From the IMG/VR virus record IMGVR_UViG_3300046516_001816, positions 220,984-284,983 of that record: a stretch of DNA of 64,000 nt; one strand, given 5' to 3'. Shown one piece after another: positions 17,701-28,483 of this stretch (its first letter is position 1; every line of letters begins with the position of its first letter). The notes below the pieces were generated by a model. The model saw only the letters and a program-made list of their open reading frames with translations, was not told where the DNA came from and did not search any database. Made by a program: the position numbers and the translations under genes.

Positions 17701-20238
17701 TTACTTCTTGAAGGCACGTGCAAAACGGGAACCAAAGGACTGCGGATCGATGCTTTCCGTTGCCGGCGCTTCTTCTGCATCCACTTGCTCCTGGTACTCC
17801 GCCAGCGCTTGCTGCATTTGCGCCACCAGGTTCTTCACCGCTTCCTTGGCCACGCCGTGCTTCTCAGGACTGTCCGCATCCTTCAGCAACTTCTGCTGTT
17901 GGTCGTGCGCGTCATTGAGTCGCTTCATGCGCTTGGCGTGCTTGGTGTGGATGTCCTCACCTTCGCTTTCACCTTCCGCTTCGCCTTCCGCCTTTTCCGC
18001 AGCGGGCGTCACGTCATCCGAAGCATTGGTGGCCGGCGCTGCGTCGGCCGGGGGCGCTTCGTCGTGGTTTTCCATCGACACCACTTTTTCCTTGCCCGTG
18101 AAGTTGTAGAGCGTCCGAGCCGCTTCGTCACTGTGCGACGAATGACGATGGGTGATCTTCAGGCTGTCGCCCGATTCTTCCGCCGTCGCGTACTCGTTCT
18201 TCTCTTCATCTTCCTTGACCAGGTATTGCAGCTTCGGGCCGTTCATGCGCACATCCACGATCCGACCGACACCAGCGACGTGCTGGCCCTTATGGAACTT
18301 GGCCTCGTCGAGGTTTTCCAGTGCCGGATGCGAGAGGTTGAACTTCTGACGAATGTTGAACTCTTCGTGCGCCTGTTCTTGCTTGAGCGCCTTGAACTTC
18401 GCTTCGTCATGCGCTGCGGCTTTCAGCTTGGCTTCGTACTTCACGTGCAGGGCGTCGAGCGCTTCGTCCATCTTGCGGATGTTTTCTTGCGCGTCTTCGT
18501 CCCGACCTTCGGTAGCGACTTCATGCTTGTCTGCCATCGTGAGCGGCCAGAGGTCATGGCCACGCAGTTCTCGGCTCAGACGGCTCAGATGCGCCTTGAC
18601 GACTTCCAGGCGGGCGCCCGTTGCGTGGGCTTCTTCAGCCTTCAGCTTGTCGTACTGGTGCTTCGTCTGCTCGTACTTGGCCTTCATCGCCGGCGACGGC
18701 TCTTCGTAATCTTCCGTGGAGACTTGCTTGCGATCAGCGTTGTACATCGCACGCAGGGCCAGGTAGTTACAGTACTTCGCGGCACGCAACGAACGCGCCG
18801 CTTCACCATGCACCGGCTTCTGGATCGCACGACGCAGCGCATTGGCAAACGCCATGATCTGCTCAAACACGTGGCAGGCTTCCTGGAATTCGTTCCAGCC
18901 CTTGTTCGCGCCATCCCGGTCGGTCTTCTCGAGCTTGATCAGCTCTTCAACCACGTCGTCCGAGCTGTTGTTCGCGCGTTCGATTGCTGCATCGAGCTCG
19001 TCCATCACGCGCACGATTTCACGCTCGTAACCCACGCAGGCGCGCACGTTGTCGAGGTAAGCTTCGGCGATGTCAAGCACCGTCTCGATTTCCTTGACCT
19101 TGAACGTAAACGCCATTTCCTTGGTGGACGTGAGCGCTGCCGTCGGCAAGGCTGTCGACAGCTTGTGCACGCCGTACATCATCGTGCCGATGCCGGGTGC
19201 GGCCACGTTCAGGGCGGTGGCGCCCGCTGCTGAAGACACTGCGCCAGAAGCCCGCAGGAACTTCATGTTGTTCGAGCCTTTGTAGCCGACGTGCTTGGCA
19301 CCGGCCATCTCGGCCATACGCGGCATTGCCTTGTAGGTCGTGGCCGGCGGCAGCTTGCGCGTGCGCGGTGCTTGGGCGTGCAGCTGCGCTGCCCCCAGGA
19401 GTTCCTGGCTGTGGTACTTCGAATCGAAGAGTTCGACCGGGGTCTTGAGCTTTTCGACTTGGCTAGCCATCTTGATGATGTCGCCCGAGCGCTTGAAGTT
19501 CGCGCTGCGCAGGATCGACGCCAGCGACTTCATTTCCTGCATCACGGCCTTCGGGTACTGCGTGAGGATGTACTTCGAGACCTTCACGTCTTCCTTCAGG
19601 GCCTCGAGCAGCTTGCCGGAACCGAGCAGCTTGCCCACCGTCGGGTCTTGCGTGCCCTTGGCGAAGAAGTAGAGCAGGCCGTTGGCGCCCACCGAGACGT
19701 CCGCACCGAGATCCACTTCCTTCTTGACGTCGACCCAGTGACGGGAATTCTCGAGCGTCTTCTTCTCGTACTTCGCGGTGATCTCCGACGTGGTGCGCAG
19801 GAACTCGCCGATCAGGTCCTTGTGGTGCTTGAAGCCCAACACGAACTCTTGCACGACGTTGTTCAGGAAGTTCTTGAAGCTTTCCAGCGCAATCGTGGAC
19901 TGCGCTTCGATCGAGATCGTTTCGACGTCTTCGAGGGCCGGCATCGTGAGTTCACGACCCATGCGGCGCGCTTGTTGCTGGACCGCGTGACGGATCAGAC
20001 CGAGGGCGACGGCATTGCATTCGCCGCAGTTGATCATCGAGGCGAGCTGGTCCGAGTGGTCTCGGATCGCTTCGAGCGCTTGCGACTGCACTTCGCTGTC
20101 TTCGAACTGGGCATCGCAGGCTTCTGCATACGAACCGAGCGCCGAATCCCCGCCTTCAGGCAGGTCGTCGTCCAGATTCTCCAACGTCAGACCCTTGCTG
20201 CCGTGGGCCGCCTTGTGGGCGAGGAGTGTGAAGTCCAT
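17701..20238 (-). CDS. internal head / ejection protein (phiKZ inner-head protein type), protease-processed
   Basis: 845 aa; acidic propeptide with repeated (A/S/T)xE sites (TLE, ALE, SIE, IALE-S), typical of phiKZ head-protease substrates. Confidence 0.65.
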   Translation of the reverse strand: MDFTLLAHKAAHGSKGLTLENLDDDLPEGGDSALGSYAEACDAQFEDSEVQSQALEAIRDHSDQLASMINCGECNAVALGLIRHAVQQQARRMGRELTMPALEDVETISIEAQSTIALESFKNFLNNVVQEFVLGFKHHKDLIGEFLRTTSEITAKYEKKTLENSRHWVDVKKEVDLGADVSVGANGLLYFFAKGTQDPTVGKLLGSGKLLEALKEDVKVSKYILTQYPKAVMQEMKSLASILRSANFKRSGDIIKMASQVEKLKTPVELFDSKYHSQELLGAAQLHAQAPRTRKLPPATTYKAMPRMAEMAGAKHVGYKGSNNMKFLRASGAVSSAAGATALNVAAPGIGTMMYGVHKLSTALPTAALTSTKEMAFTFKVKEIETVLDIAEAYLDNVRACVGYEREIVRVMDELDAAIERANNSSDDVVEELIKLEKTDRDGANKGWNEFQEACHVFEQIMAFANALRRAIQKPVHGEAARSLRAAKYCNYLALRAMYNADRKQVSTEDYEEPSPAMKAKYEQTKHQYDKLKAEEAHATGARLEVVKAHLSRLSRELRGHDLWPLTMADKHEVATEGRDEDAQENIRKMDEALDALHVKYEAKLKAAAHDEAKFKALKQEQAHEEFNIRQKFNLSHPALENLDEAKFHKGQHVAGVGRIVDVRMNGPKLQYLVKEDEEKNEYATAEESGDSLKITHRHSSHSDEAARTLYNFTGKEKVVSMENHDEAPPADAAPATNASDDVTPAAEKAEGEAEGESEGEDIHTKHAKRMKRLNDAHDQQQKLLKDADSPEKHGVAKEAVKNLVAQMQQALAEYQEQVDAEEAPATESIDPQSFGSRFARAFKK

Positions 20239-20290
20239 TATAAGCTCTTGTCGGAATTGTTAATAGGGTGACAACTGCATGTCAAAAGAT

Positions 20291-22384
20291 TTACCACAAT
20301 GCCCAAAACGGATCCAGCTCTTCGGTAAAGAAACCTTCCTCGGTAATGCCTTCCATGGCCATGCATTGATCGAACTCATCCATGACCACGCTGGTGATCG
20401 TTTCATAGTGCGCATGCTGAGCACCGGTGGGCATCTCGTCATACGCTTCGACCGCGATCAGGTTGGCGTTTTCAAAGCCCAGGATCTCATCGACCTGCTG
20501 GCGCGACCAGTTCATGATGTCGATCGTGCGACTAGAGATATTGGGTTCCTCGCCGGTATCCAAGACCACATCCCAAATCGTCACGTTTTCATCTTGCCCG
20601 AGTCGTTTCACCCGCGCCACCGCCTGATCGTATTCAAACGAGCGAAACGGCGAGTTCATCATGATCTCTTCGTTCGCCATGATCAAGGGCACCGCCGAGG
20701 AGAGCGACTGGTAAGTGGCAATCATCGGGTTGGCGTCTTCTGAGTTCTTATACTCAGTGACCATCGAGGCCAACTCATTGTTGGTTTCCCCGTACACGCG
20801 CAACGGATGGTAGCCCTTCGCCTTCAGGTAATCGCCCGCGGCATCTACCGCCCCCACGTAACTGGTAAAGATCAGCGTCTTTTTCAGCGCCTCATCGATG
20901 ATCTTCTCCAGCCCCATATGCGGGACCATGTCCATGATGCACTGCCCGCGCTTCTTACCGAGCACCTGTCCGAGCGCTTCGCCCTGCACCTTGAGCTTAT
21001 AGTACTTGACCACGGACTTGGAGGCCTTCAGGTCTTCCCTCAGCTTCTTGGGCAACGCCGGCTGAATCACGCTGCGCTCGTACTTGTTGCACCAGACCGC
21101 GGCTTCCTTGTGCAGCTTCGGATCGTAGCCCCGGCGAATCGACTTCATGAACTTTTCGTATTGCTTGAACTGGTCTTTCTGTTCGGAAGTGATAAGGGTG
21201 CGGTAGAAGGCGTCGATGGCGGCTTCATACATCCGTTCGTACACGCGCATATTGGTTCGGTAGTGCTGGACGCGCTCGTCGATGAATTTGCGCATCTCCC
21301 CACGAATCGAAGCAAGCGTGTAATCTTTGCCATTGGGAATCTCCACTTTGAGCGACACGTGCTTGACATCAATCTTGACGACCTGGTTGCTGTCGACCTT
21401 GTACGTGACCTTGCCCAGCCGATGCGCCAGCACGTCGTTGGCCCGTGCACTGTTCTTGCCATAGATCGCCTGGAAGCGACGCTGAGCATCCTCATCGAAC
21501 ATGGAGTCAATGGTGCGGAACAACGGCGCCATTTCGCCGCCAATGGCCTTCACGGGGGTGCCCGACTCCCACAGCACGTACTGACAGCGTGTGCGGTTGC
21601 AGAGCTCAATAAAGAGCTGCGTGCGCAAGGCTTCCATTTCATTCATACCGTGCGACTCGTCCAACAGAATCACGGGCTTGTTCCAGTGCTGCGTCTTGGC
21701 AAACTCCAGGAACTTAGGCAGGTAGTCGTAATGGACGATATAGAACTTCTTGCCGCGCACGGGCGGCGTGCCCATCTGCGAATGCCAATACGCCTGGGGA
21801 CGTTTAAACAACTCGACCACCGTGTCTTCCCAGACTTTCTTCACGGCCCGGGGTGGACACACCACAATCGTGACATCCGCATGCAAGCAGACGGTGAGCG
21901 CACAGCCCATAAAGGTCTTGCCCGTGCCGGGACCCGCGCCCAGCAACGCTCCTTTCAGTCGGAAGCGCGGCACCATCTCGTTGAACCATTTGAGGAACCC
22001 CATCTGGTGGTCCATCGCCGACCATTTCAACTGGTTGAGCTGGCCGAAGTCCAGGATGTCAGGATGCTTGATCAGCGTCTCTTTCATCCAGGTGTGTTCG
22101 TACATCCCCTCGACGACTTTTCGCAGCGCGCGGATATTGTGGCCGCGCTGCTTGTTATTGATAATGCGCGTGAACGCATAGACAATGTCCGGGGCAAAAA
22201 AGCGATTGAAGATAATCTCGTTGGGCGTGACCCGCGTGAACATATGTTCCGCGATCTTGGTCGTCCCCCAGATTTGCGCAATCGTGTTGGCAACCGAGTT
22301 GCCGGGTAAGCCTGTCACTTTAATCTGATCGCCACTTTCTTGGACTTGGATCAGACCGAGTACACGCCGTAAGGACGCGAACAT
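20291..22384 (-). CDS. SF2 (SNF2/DEAD-like) helicase
   Basis: Walker A GPGTGKT, motif II LLDESH, SGTP, motif VI QAVARVKRLGQ. Confidence 0.9.
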   Translation of the reverse strand: MFASLRRVLGLIQVQESGDQIKVTGLPGNSVANTIAQIWGTTKIAEHMFTRVTPNEIIFNRFFAPDIVYAFTRIINNKQRGHNIRALRKVVEGMYEHTWMKETLIKHPDILDFGQLNQLKWSAMDHQMGFLKWFNEMVPRFRLKGALLGAGPGTGKTFMGCALTVCLHADVTIVVCPPRAVKKVWEDTVVELFKRPQAYWHSQMGTPPVRGKKFYIVHYDYLPKFLEFAKTQHWNKPVILLDESHGMNEMEALRTQLFIELCNRTRCQYVLWESGTPVKAIGGEMAPLFRTIDSMFDEDAQRRFQAIYGKNSARANDVLAHRLGKVTYKVDSNQVVKIDVKHVSLKVEIPNGKDYTLASIRGEMRKFIDERVQHYRTNMRVYERMYEAAIDAFYRTLITSEQKDQFKQYEKFMKSIRRGYDPKLHKEAAVWCNKYERSVIQPALPKKLREDLKASKSVVKYYKLKVQGEALGQVLGKKRGQCIMDMVPHMGLEKIIDEALKKTLIFTSYVGAVDAAGDYLKAKGYHPLRVYGETNNELASMVTEYKNSEDANPMIATYQSLSSAVPLIMANEEIMMNSPFRSFEYDQAVARVKRLGQDENVTIWDVVLDTGEEPNISSRTIDIMNWSRQQVDEILGFENANLIAVEAYDEMPTGAQHAHYETITSVVMDEFDQCMAMEGITEEGFFTEELDPFWALW

Positions 22385-22528
22385 ATGAGTTGTCCTTCTT
22401 TTATTTTAGACCAGCCAGCCGACATAAACCAGGAGCCAGCCCAGGTAACCCCAAGTAGGAAAGGGTTACCTGGAGCTGACTCCCAACTAGAACTACTGTT
22501 TCACATTATTTACAAGCGAGTATGTTGC

Positions 22529-24109
22529 TTAGGCTGCCATGGGTGCCCAGAAGGGTGTTTCGTTTGCACTGCCGATCGCCCCACCCCCCACCTTGCGTCG
22601 CGTCGTATCCGCACGGCCCACGTCAAACGTGATGCCCCACTTGGAGAACGGCAGAACGCAGTACAGATCCTTCGGGTTGGTTTGACCGATAATACGATGC
22701 TTGCCACGTTGAACCGTGAGGAACGATTCGCCGTTGACCTTTTCGATGTGAATGAAAATCTCCAGGTCCACTTCCTGGTCAATCTGTTTACAGCCGCGAT
22801 AGTAACCCTTACCCGGCAACTCCTGCACGAAGTCCGCTTTACCGTCTCGGATCATCTGTTTGGCGTCGGTGGACAGCTGATGCGGCGTGACGATCGCGAT
22901 GTTCTTCGCTGACATAAAGTTGCGAATGCGGCGGAACATGTCCTGCACGTCAGTGCCGGTCGGACCCTGGATACAGCCCGTGGTCGGAATCATCGACAGG
23001 TAGTCGAGCATGCACATGTGGATTTCGAAGCCTTCCGCTTCAAACTCCAGAATCTTGTTCTGAATGCTGCGGTAGCTCCACTCCGACGGATTGACGCGCA
23101 GCATCTCCACGTGCCATCCGTTTTCCATCATGCGCTTACTGACGTACGACGCGATCGGCTTGACGAACTCGAGCTTCTCCTCCTCCGACATCGCCTTGAT
23201 TTCTTCCGGCGTCTTCGACGATGTGATCTCGTTGCCGCGGCCGTCATAGTCCATCAGCACTTCGTACATGTACTGGAAGTTCAGTTCCAGGTCATCTTCG
23301 AAGGAGATGCGCAAGAGCATCGGTTTGGCGTCGGGTCGTTTCGGGTTCGGCTCGGGCGTATTGAACAGCGCGACGCCCACAAACGTGCCGAGGCTGAAAC
23401 CGGTCTTGAAGTTGTGTTGCAGCGCGCCGATGACCGTCTCTTGTCCTCGCCGATAGCCGCCGCGCAACATCCGGTTAACACCTTGCCAGCCCGTTTGCAG
23501 AATGCCGCCGCCTTCCTCGTTCTTCTGGATGTTGGAGTAGATCCCCACCATCTCATCCATATTACCGAGGTTCACGCGCTTGGTGATGGCCGGATCGTTG
23601 GTTTCGCGGTCTTGCTGGTAGGGCTCCAGCATCGAGACCGTTTCGGCAATGAACTGCTTCCAGTTATTAATCTGGCCGCGCTGGAACCGGACTTTGTTCG
23701 TTGCTTCAAACAGAATCTTCTGCGCTTCTTCCTCACGAATGTGCTCGTGCAAGAACCGTTGCAGATTGACGGTGACCTTCTTCGTTTTGGCGTCGGTGAG
23801 TTCCTTATCGATACCATCCACAAATGTCTGGTACAGCGTCTCGTCTTCGGAGCAGTCGACTTTGAGCTGTTGCAGCAAATCGGTGGATTCGTGTTCGTAG
23901 TCCAACGGCATCTCGCACATCTTCAATGCCGTCTTTTTCAGCGCGACAATCACATCCCGCTCGTGGTCCAGACCAATGTTGACTTGGGGGTCCTTGATGG
24001 TATTCAGGATGCCACGAACCAGCCCCGAGGAGTTCTCACTCGAACTCGGCAGCTGTGACTCGCGGTAGAGCAAGGTGATCGCCTTCACCAGGAGTAGCTT
24101 ATGGTTCAT
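22529..24109 (-). CDS. dnaB: DnaB-like replicative helicase (phiKZ type)
   Basis: TGWQGVNRML, GALQHNFKT (variant Walker A), MLDYL, TPHQLS, QRGKHR; divergent from the capsid operon as in phiKZ-like phages. Confidence 0.85.
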   Translation of the reverse strand: MNHKLLLVKAITLLYRESQLPSSSENSSGLVRGILNTIKDPQVNIGLDHERDVIVALKKTALKMCEMPLDYEHESTDLLQQLKVDCSEDETLYQTFVDGIDKELTDAKTKKVTVNLQRFLHEHIREEEAQKILFEATNKVRFQRGQINNWKQFIAETVSMLEPYQQDRETNDPAITKRVNLGNMDEMVGIYSNIQKNEEGGGILQTGWQGVNRMLRGGYRRGQETVIGALQHNFKTGFSLGTFVGVALFNTPEPNPKRPDAKPMLLRISFEDDLELNFQYMYEVLMDYDGRGNEITSSKTPEEIKAMSEEEKLEFVKPIASYVSKRMMENGWHVEMLRVNPSEWSYRSIQNKILEFEAEGFEIHMCMLDYLSMIPTTGCIQGPTGTDVQDMFRRIRNFMSAKNIAIVTPHQLSTDAKQMIRDGKADFVQELPGKGYYRGCKQIDQEVDLEIFIHIEKVNGESFLTVQRGKHRIIGQTNPKDLYCVLPFSKWGITFDVGRADTTRRKVGGGAIGSANETPFWAPMAA

Positions 24110-24208
24110 GTTGTTTGCTTATAAATAATGTGATAACTTCATTTCCGGGGACATAGTGTTGTCCTCGTGTGTTTTTTCTTACTGCACATCCTCTACGGAG
24201 CCAGACAC

Positions 24209-24790
24209 GTGAACTCTGCTCGCCCCATGAAGAAGGTGGTTCTCATCCCATACTGGGTGCAAGAAGCACTTTCGCGTAACAACTGCGCCTTGGCAGATGC
24301 GTTGAACTTCGATCAAGTCATCAAGTGTGTTAACGTTAATGATTTGATTGGCTTCCTCGCGTTGCAGGAATACATGCTGGAGCTTGGCGGCTATGAAGTG
24401 TCGGGCAGCGCCCTGATGCTGTCGTGGTCGGCAAGTGCCAAAGACGAGGGGTCGGACTCTTTGCTCACGCAAACTATTATTCCGTTCACCTCGCAAGCGG
24501 AGTATATCGAGGACGTGCACAGTCGGTTGTTCACCCGGGACAGCCAATGTGACCGCCTTGCGCACCATGTAGAACCCTTTAATATGTATGACATTACGCA
24601 TGACGTTGCTGGCGTAGTGGTACATCCGGGTTTCTTCACGGAAGAAGTCGGTTCGAATGGGTACCGCGCGGCGCTCATTTGTGCAATTCTGAAAGTATTG
24701 TATGCGTACAACGCATACCACGAGGTGGCGAGCACGCCTCTGTTTAAGCGTTATCTTGGATTGCTAGCTGAGAAGCAGCTGTCAATTTGA
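24209..24790 (+). CDS. hypothetical protein upstream of major capsid
   Basis: GGAG RBS before GTG 24209; occupies the slot between the DnaB-like and capsid genes. Confidence 0.7.
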   Translation: MNSARPMKKVVLIPYWVQEALSRNNCALADALNFDQVIKCVNVNDLIGFLALQEYMLELGGYEVSGSALMLSWSASAKDEGSDSLLTQTIIPFTSQAEYIEDVHSRLFTRDSQCDRLAHHVEPFNMYDITHDVAGVVVHPGFFTEEVGSNGYRAALICAILKVLYAYNAYHEVASTPLFKRYLGLLAEKQLSI

Positions 24791-24843
24791 GGTTAACAAA
24801 GCCCCAGTAGTCTCTTTTTAACTGCAAAAGGTTGGGATCACTC

Positions 24844-27054
24844 ATGACCGCACTGTTCCAAAACAAGAGCCGCATCGGCTCGCAACCGGCGACTCAGCTG
24901 GACAAGCTGGTGGGCTCGCTGCGTGAAGAAATGAACGGCCACGGTGCCGCATTCGCAGACCGCCACATCTCGAAGGCAGCCCTGTCGCTCGAATCGATCG
25001 ACGCATCGCTTGCCCGCGAACTCGAAGGCTCGCTCTCGCAGCTGAACTCCGCCCTCGAAGGCATCGTCAACGAGCACGGCCTGTCGGGTGACCTGACGGC
25101 GTCGCAACGTGACGCAGCTCTGGCTGCCATGGCCATGACCGGCGACATGGGCTCGTTCCTGCACGGCCAGATCAAGCACGACATGGTCAGCACGGAATCG
25201 ATGAAGTTCATCACCGTCGGTGGCGAAGACCACATGTACGAGCGTGTCAAGCCGGCACTCGAAGCGTACGACGAGAAGGAAAACAAGAACGCGGTGGTGT
25301 ACTCCGTCGCGTACAACTTGCAAGCTGCACGCCAGGACGAATTCGGCGAAGCCTTCTACCCGACCGTCGTCGTGACGCCGGACCAAGTGGGCTACACGGT
25401 TTCGATCCGCCTGATCGAAGTGTACAACGAGCCGAAGCGCGCAATCAGCGGCGCTCCCTCGCAGAACTTCGGCCGCAAGAACATCGTGCAAGCCGTGATC
25501 GATCCGTCGATCCTGCGCAACGACCAAACGAAGATCGTTCCGGTCTATCGCACGGAAAGCGCACCGTACTTCGTGACGAACGCGGCCGTCGAGCCGTACA
25601 ACGTCATGATGACGGACAACACGTCGGTCCTGACCGCACCGCTGGCAGTGGGCCAGAAGTTCTCGCTGCTCGGCCTGTCGCAAACGGAAGCGCTGCTCGA
25701 AACGGGTATCCTCGACGTCACCGACGCCATCGACAGCTCGATCTACCTGTCGGCTGTGTACGTCCAGTTCACGACCGGTGGCGCAACGCCGACCGTGGAA
25801 ACGGTGAAGTTCAACACGCGTCAACTGCCGCTCGCGTCGTTCAACTACGCACAGCAGAACGTCTACCGTCAGATGAACCTCCAGTTCAAGACGGAAACGC
25901 TGCTCATCGGCGCGAACACGGTTCAAGCTGACGGCGCTGCATCGACGATCCTCGCACCGATCGTGTCGGGCGACTACGAAGCGCGTTTCGGCTTCTCGAT
26001 GTTCGGTTCGGTGAACCTCGAACTCGGCGACACCGAAATCAACGCATCGAACGTCGGCGTGAACACGATCAAGAATTCGAGCGATCAGTCGCTGGATCTG
26101 ACGACGGGCACGGGCGCGACGCTGGCTGCGCTGTTCGCAGGCGCGAAGGTCGTGGGTTACGACCTGGAAGCTCATCGTACCAACAGCAACCGTCGTCAAC
26201 GCGGCCAGCTGCTGAACACGAACTTCTACAACCAGATCTACACGGTGCCGCTGCTGGCTCCGATCTCGATTCCGCGTCCGATGGCTGTGGGCGATTCGAA
26301 CGACTCGAGCGATCTGGCTTCGCTGATCACGGCAACGCGTATCCGTACGTCGAACGCCGCAGTCGACGCCATCTTCACGATGCAAGACCTGCTCGCGGAA
26401 ACGACGTCGGCGCTGAACACCGGTGCTGCTCCGAATGCTGCTGCCGACACCCCGGAAATCCTGGGCGTGACGCGCTTCATCATTCAGCCGGCGTACATGA
26501 CGAAGAACCTGGCAATCGACACGCAGACGGACAGCCTCTCGGCTCACCAACGCGCGGCCGACATCCAAGCTTCGCTCATCAACTGCCTGCGCGACATGGC
26601 GTACACGCTGTACGTGCAATCGGGCTACAAGGCAGCTGCGGACGCACTCGCAGGTGGCGTGGGTCCGGTGCCGACGGTCATCATCGGTACGGATCCGTAC
26701 ATCGCGCGTTACCTGATGGTGACGGGCGACCTGCGTACGCTGGGTGGTCAGTTCGACGTGAAGATCGTGTCGACGCTGAACGAACGCATGACGGGCAAGA
26801 TCGTGATGAGCTTCGGCGACTTCTCGAACGAGCGCGCTGGCGTGCCCAACCCGCTGCACTTCGGTAACATGGCATGGAAGCCGGAAGTCACGGTCGTCCT
26901 GCCGATGATCCGCAACGGCGCACAATCGAAGGAACTCACGGTCCAGCCGTCGTTCCTGCACGTCACGAACCTGCCGGTTCTCGGCGTGGTCAACGTCTCC
27001 GGTATCAGCAACATTGCGTACAGCAAGGTGCCGGTCAACTTCCATACCGTTTAA
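24844..27054 (+). CDS. major capsid protein (phiKZ gp120-like)
   Basis: ~736 aa, strong high-expression codon bias, propeptide ending ALE-AYDE, motifs YNLQAARQDEFGEAFYPT, NSNRRQRG, VQPSFLHVTNLP. Confidence 0.9.
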   Translation: MTALFQNKSRIGSQPATQLDKLVGSLREEMNGHGAAFADRHISKAALSLESIDASLARELEGSLSQLNSALEGIVNEHGLSGDLTASQRDAALAAMAMTGDMGSFLHGQIKHDMVSTESMKFITVGGEDHMYERVKPALEAYDEKENKNAVVYSVAYNLQAARQDEFGEAFYPTVVVTPDQVGYTVSIRLIEVYNEPKRAISGAPSQNFGRKNIVQAVIDPSILRNDQTKIVPVYRTESAPYFVTNAAVEPYNVMMTDNTSVLTAPLAVGQKFSLLGLSQTEALLETGILDVTDAIDSSIYLSAVYVQFTTGGATPTVETVKFNTRQLPLASFNYAQQNVYRQMNLQFKTETLLIGANTVQADGAASTILAPIVSGDYEARFGFSMFGSVNLELGDTEINASNVGVNTIKNSSDQSLDLTTGTGATLAALFAGAKVVGYDLEAHRTNSNRRQRGQLLNTNFYNQIYTVPLLAPISIPRPMAVGDSNDSSDLASLITATRIRTSNAAVDAIFTMQDLLAETTSALNTGAAPNAAADTPEILGVTRFIIQPAYMTKNLAIDTQTDSLSAHQRAADIQASLINCLRDMAYTLYVQSGYKAAADALAGGVGPVPTVIIGTDPYIARYLMVTGDLRTLGGQFDVKIVSTLNERMTGKIVMSFGDFSNERAGVPNPLHFGNMAWKPEVTVVLPMIRNGAQSKELTVQPSFLHVTNLPVLGVVNVSGISNIAYSKVPVNFHTV

Positions 27055-27213
27055 CGACGGAGTGGAAAAGTGAAAGGGTGAGTGATTCGCAGTGGCTCGC
27101 TACACGGGAGTCGCTGCCCTTTCACAGTAGAATCAGACGTACGCTGGGGCTTGGCCTCTGTCTGCCCTTCGGGGTGGGCAGAGGCCTCTATGCCGTCAAT
27201 TTATTTTTGGTTA

Positions 27214-27230
27214 TATATTACCTACCTGAG
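27214..27230 (+). promoter_or_regulatory. putative phage early promoter TATATTAC
   Basis: Exact TATATTAC (phiKZ early consensus) upstream of the operon carrying the non-virion RNAP subunit. Confidence 0.6.
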
Positions 27231-27264
27231 CAGGATTAGAAGGGGAACATTGGGAGCTCAGGAA

Positions 27265-28446
27265 ATGAGTCTTGACTATTTTATTCCAGATGCGTTTTTC
27301 GGGAATACAGAGCTCAGTCAGATCAATGCCAGTGCGCACGCCGTCTTTTTAAAGGAGGACGTGTTTACGAAAACCACCCGGTATTTTAATTATACTGGAC
27401 AAGTGGTGACCGTAATTGAGCGCTCGGGCATCCAGCATGAGTTTGGGTCAATACCCAGCTACAGCCGGGCTGACTTTATGATCGTCACGGATTGGAAGAT
27501 TCATAAGTCCTTGCACTTGGGACTGGTGAATTTCCTCAAGGTAGAAAAGGAGAATGAAACCGCTGTGATTCGTAAGCTTCGGGAAGTGGTGCTTAAATAC
27601 CAGCCTACCATCCACGAAGAGTTCATCTTCCTCAGAACGGAAGAGAAGATATTATTAGGAGACTTGGAGAAGCATCGCAAGGAGATTTATGTCCATGATC
27701 ACGACGTCGTGGTATCGTTGTATCGGGGCATAGAAGCCGGACCTCATCCGTATAGTCCTCTGGGTCGTGCGTTGGATATGACCACCGCCATGGAGCGCGA
27801 TGCTGATAGCAAAGCGTTTTGTGAGACCATTCGGATTGTCGACAACCTGGGGACGTATGGAGATCGATTCATCAACCGGAATAAAAGTGTTTATCGAATC
27901 GAAGCCGTGCGGGACGCAACGCGTGAGGATGGCGTGTGGGTGATACGGAACAAACCGTTTGAAAACACCCGGTTGCCGTCGAAGGTGGGTTGGCGACGCT
28001 ACACATTTGAGGAAGCTGACGGAATCCTCGAATTGTACAAAACTTACGCAGAAGCGGAACATTGTGGTGATGCCGAGTATAAACGCAAGCAAGAACTGCT
28101 CGAACTTGAGACGAGGCTCACTCGGGAGAAGACAGAGCTTGCGGAACAGAAGCTGCGTCATCAAAGTCAACAGCAAGAATGGGACATGGATAAAGCACGT
28201 CAGTTGTCGCAGTTCGAGCGGCAACAGGCGGCTTATGCCGAAGAGGCATTCCGTGCTCGGCAGGAGCTGGATCGACAGAAACATTTCTACGAGCGGCAGA
28301 TGCTCGATCTGCGCAGCAGTGCGGAGCGTAGGAAGGATGTGTCGGACTGGCTGAAACACCTCCCCGCGATTATGGGTGCTGTCGGTGTAGCCTGGCTAAG
28401 CTACAAGACGGCCCAGTTTGCGGCCAATCGTGCGAGTGCCCCCTAA
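27265..28446 (+). CDS. hypothetical protein with C-terminal coiled coil and TM anchor
   Basis: AGGA before ATG 27265; E/Q/R-rich coiled coil then LPAIMGAVGVAWL. Confidence 0.75.
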   Translation: MSLDYFIPDAFFGNTELSQINASAHAVFLKEDVFTKTTRYFNYTGQVVTVIERSGIQHEFGSIPSYSRADFMIVTDWKIHKSLHLGLVNFLKVEKENETAVIRKLREVVLKYQPTIHEEFIFLRTEEKILLGDLEKHRKEIYVHDHDVVVSLYRGIEAGPHPYSPLGRALDMTTAMERDADSKAFCETIRIVDNLGTYGDRFINRNKSVYRIEAVRDATREDGVWVIRNKPFENTRLPSKVGWRRYTFEEADGILELYKTYAEAEHCGDAEYKRKQELLELETRLTREKTELAEQKLRHQSQQQEWDMDKARQLSQFERQQAAYAEEAFRARQELDRQKHFYERQMLDLRSSAERRKDVSDWLKHLPAIMGAVGVAWLSYKTAQFAANRASAP

Positions 28447-28483
28447 AGAAACGATAAACCTACTTTTACAAGGAAGAACTGGT

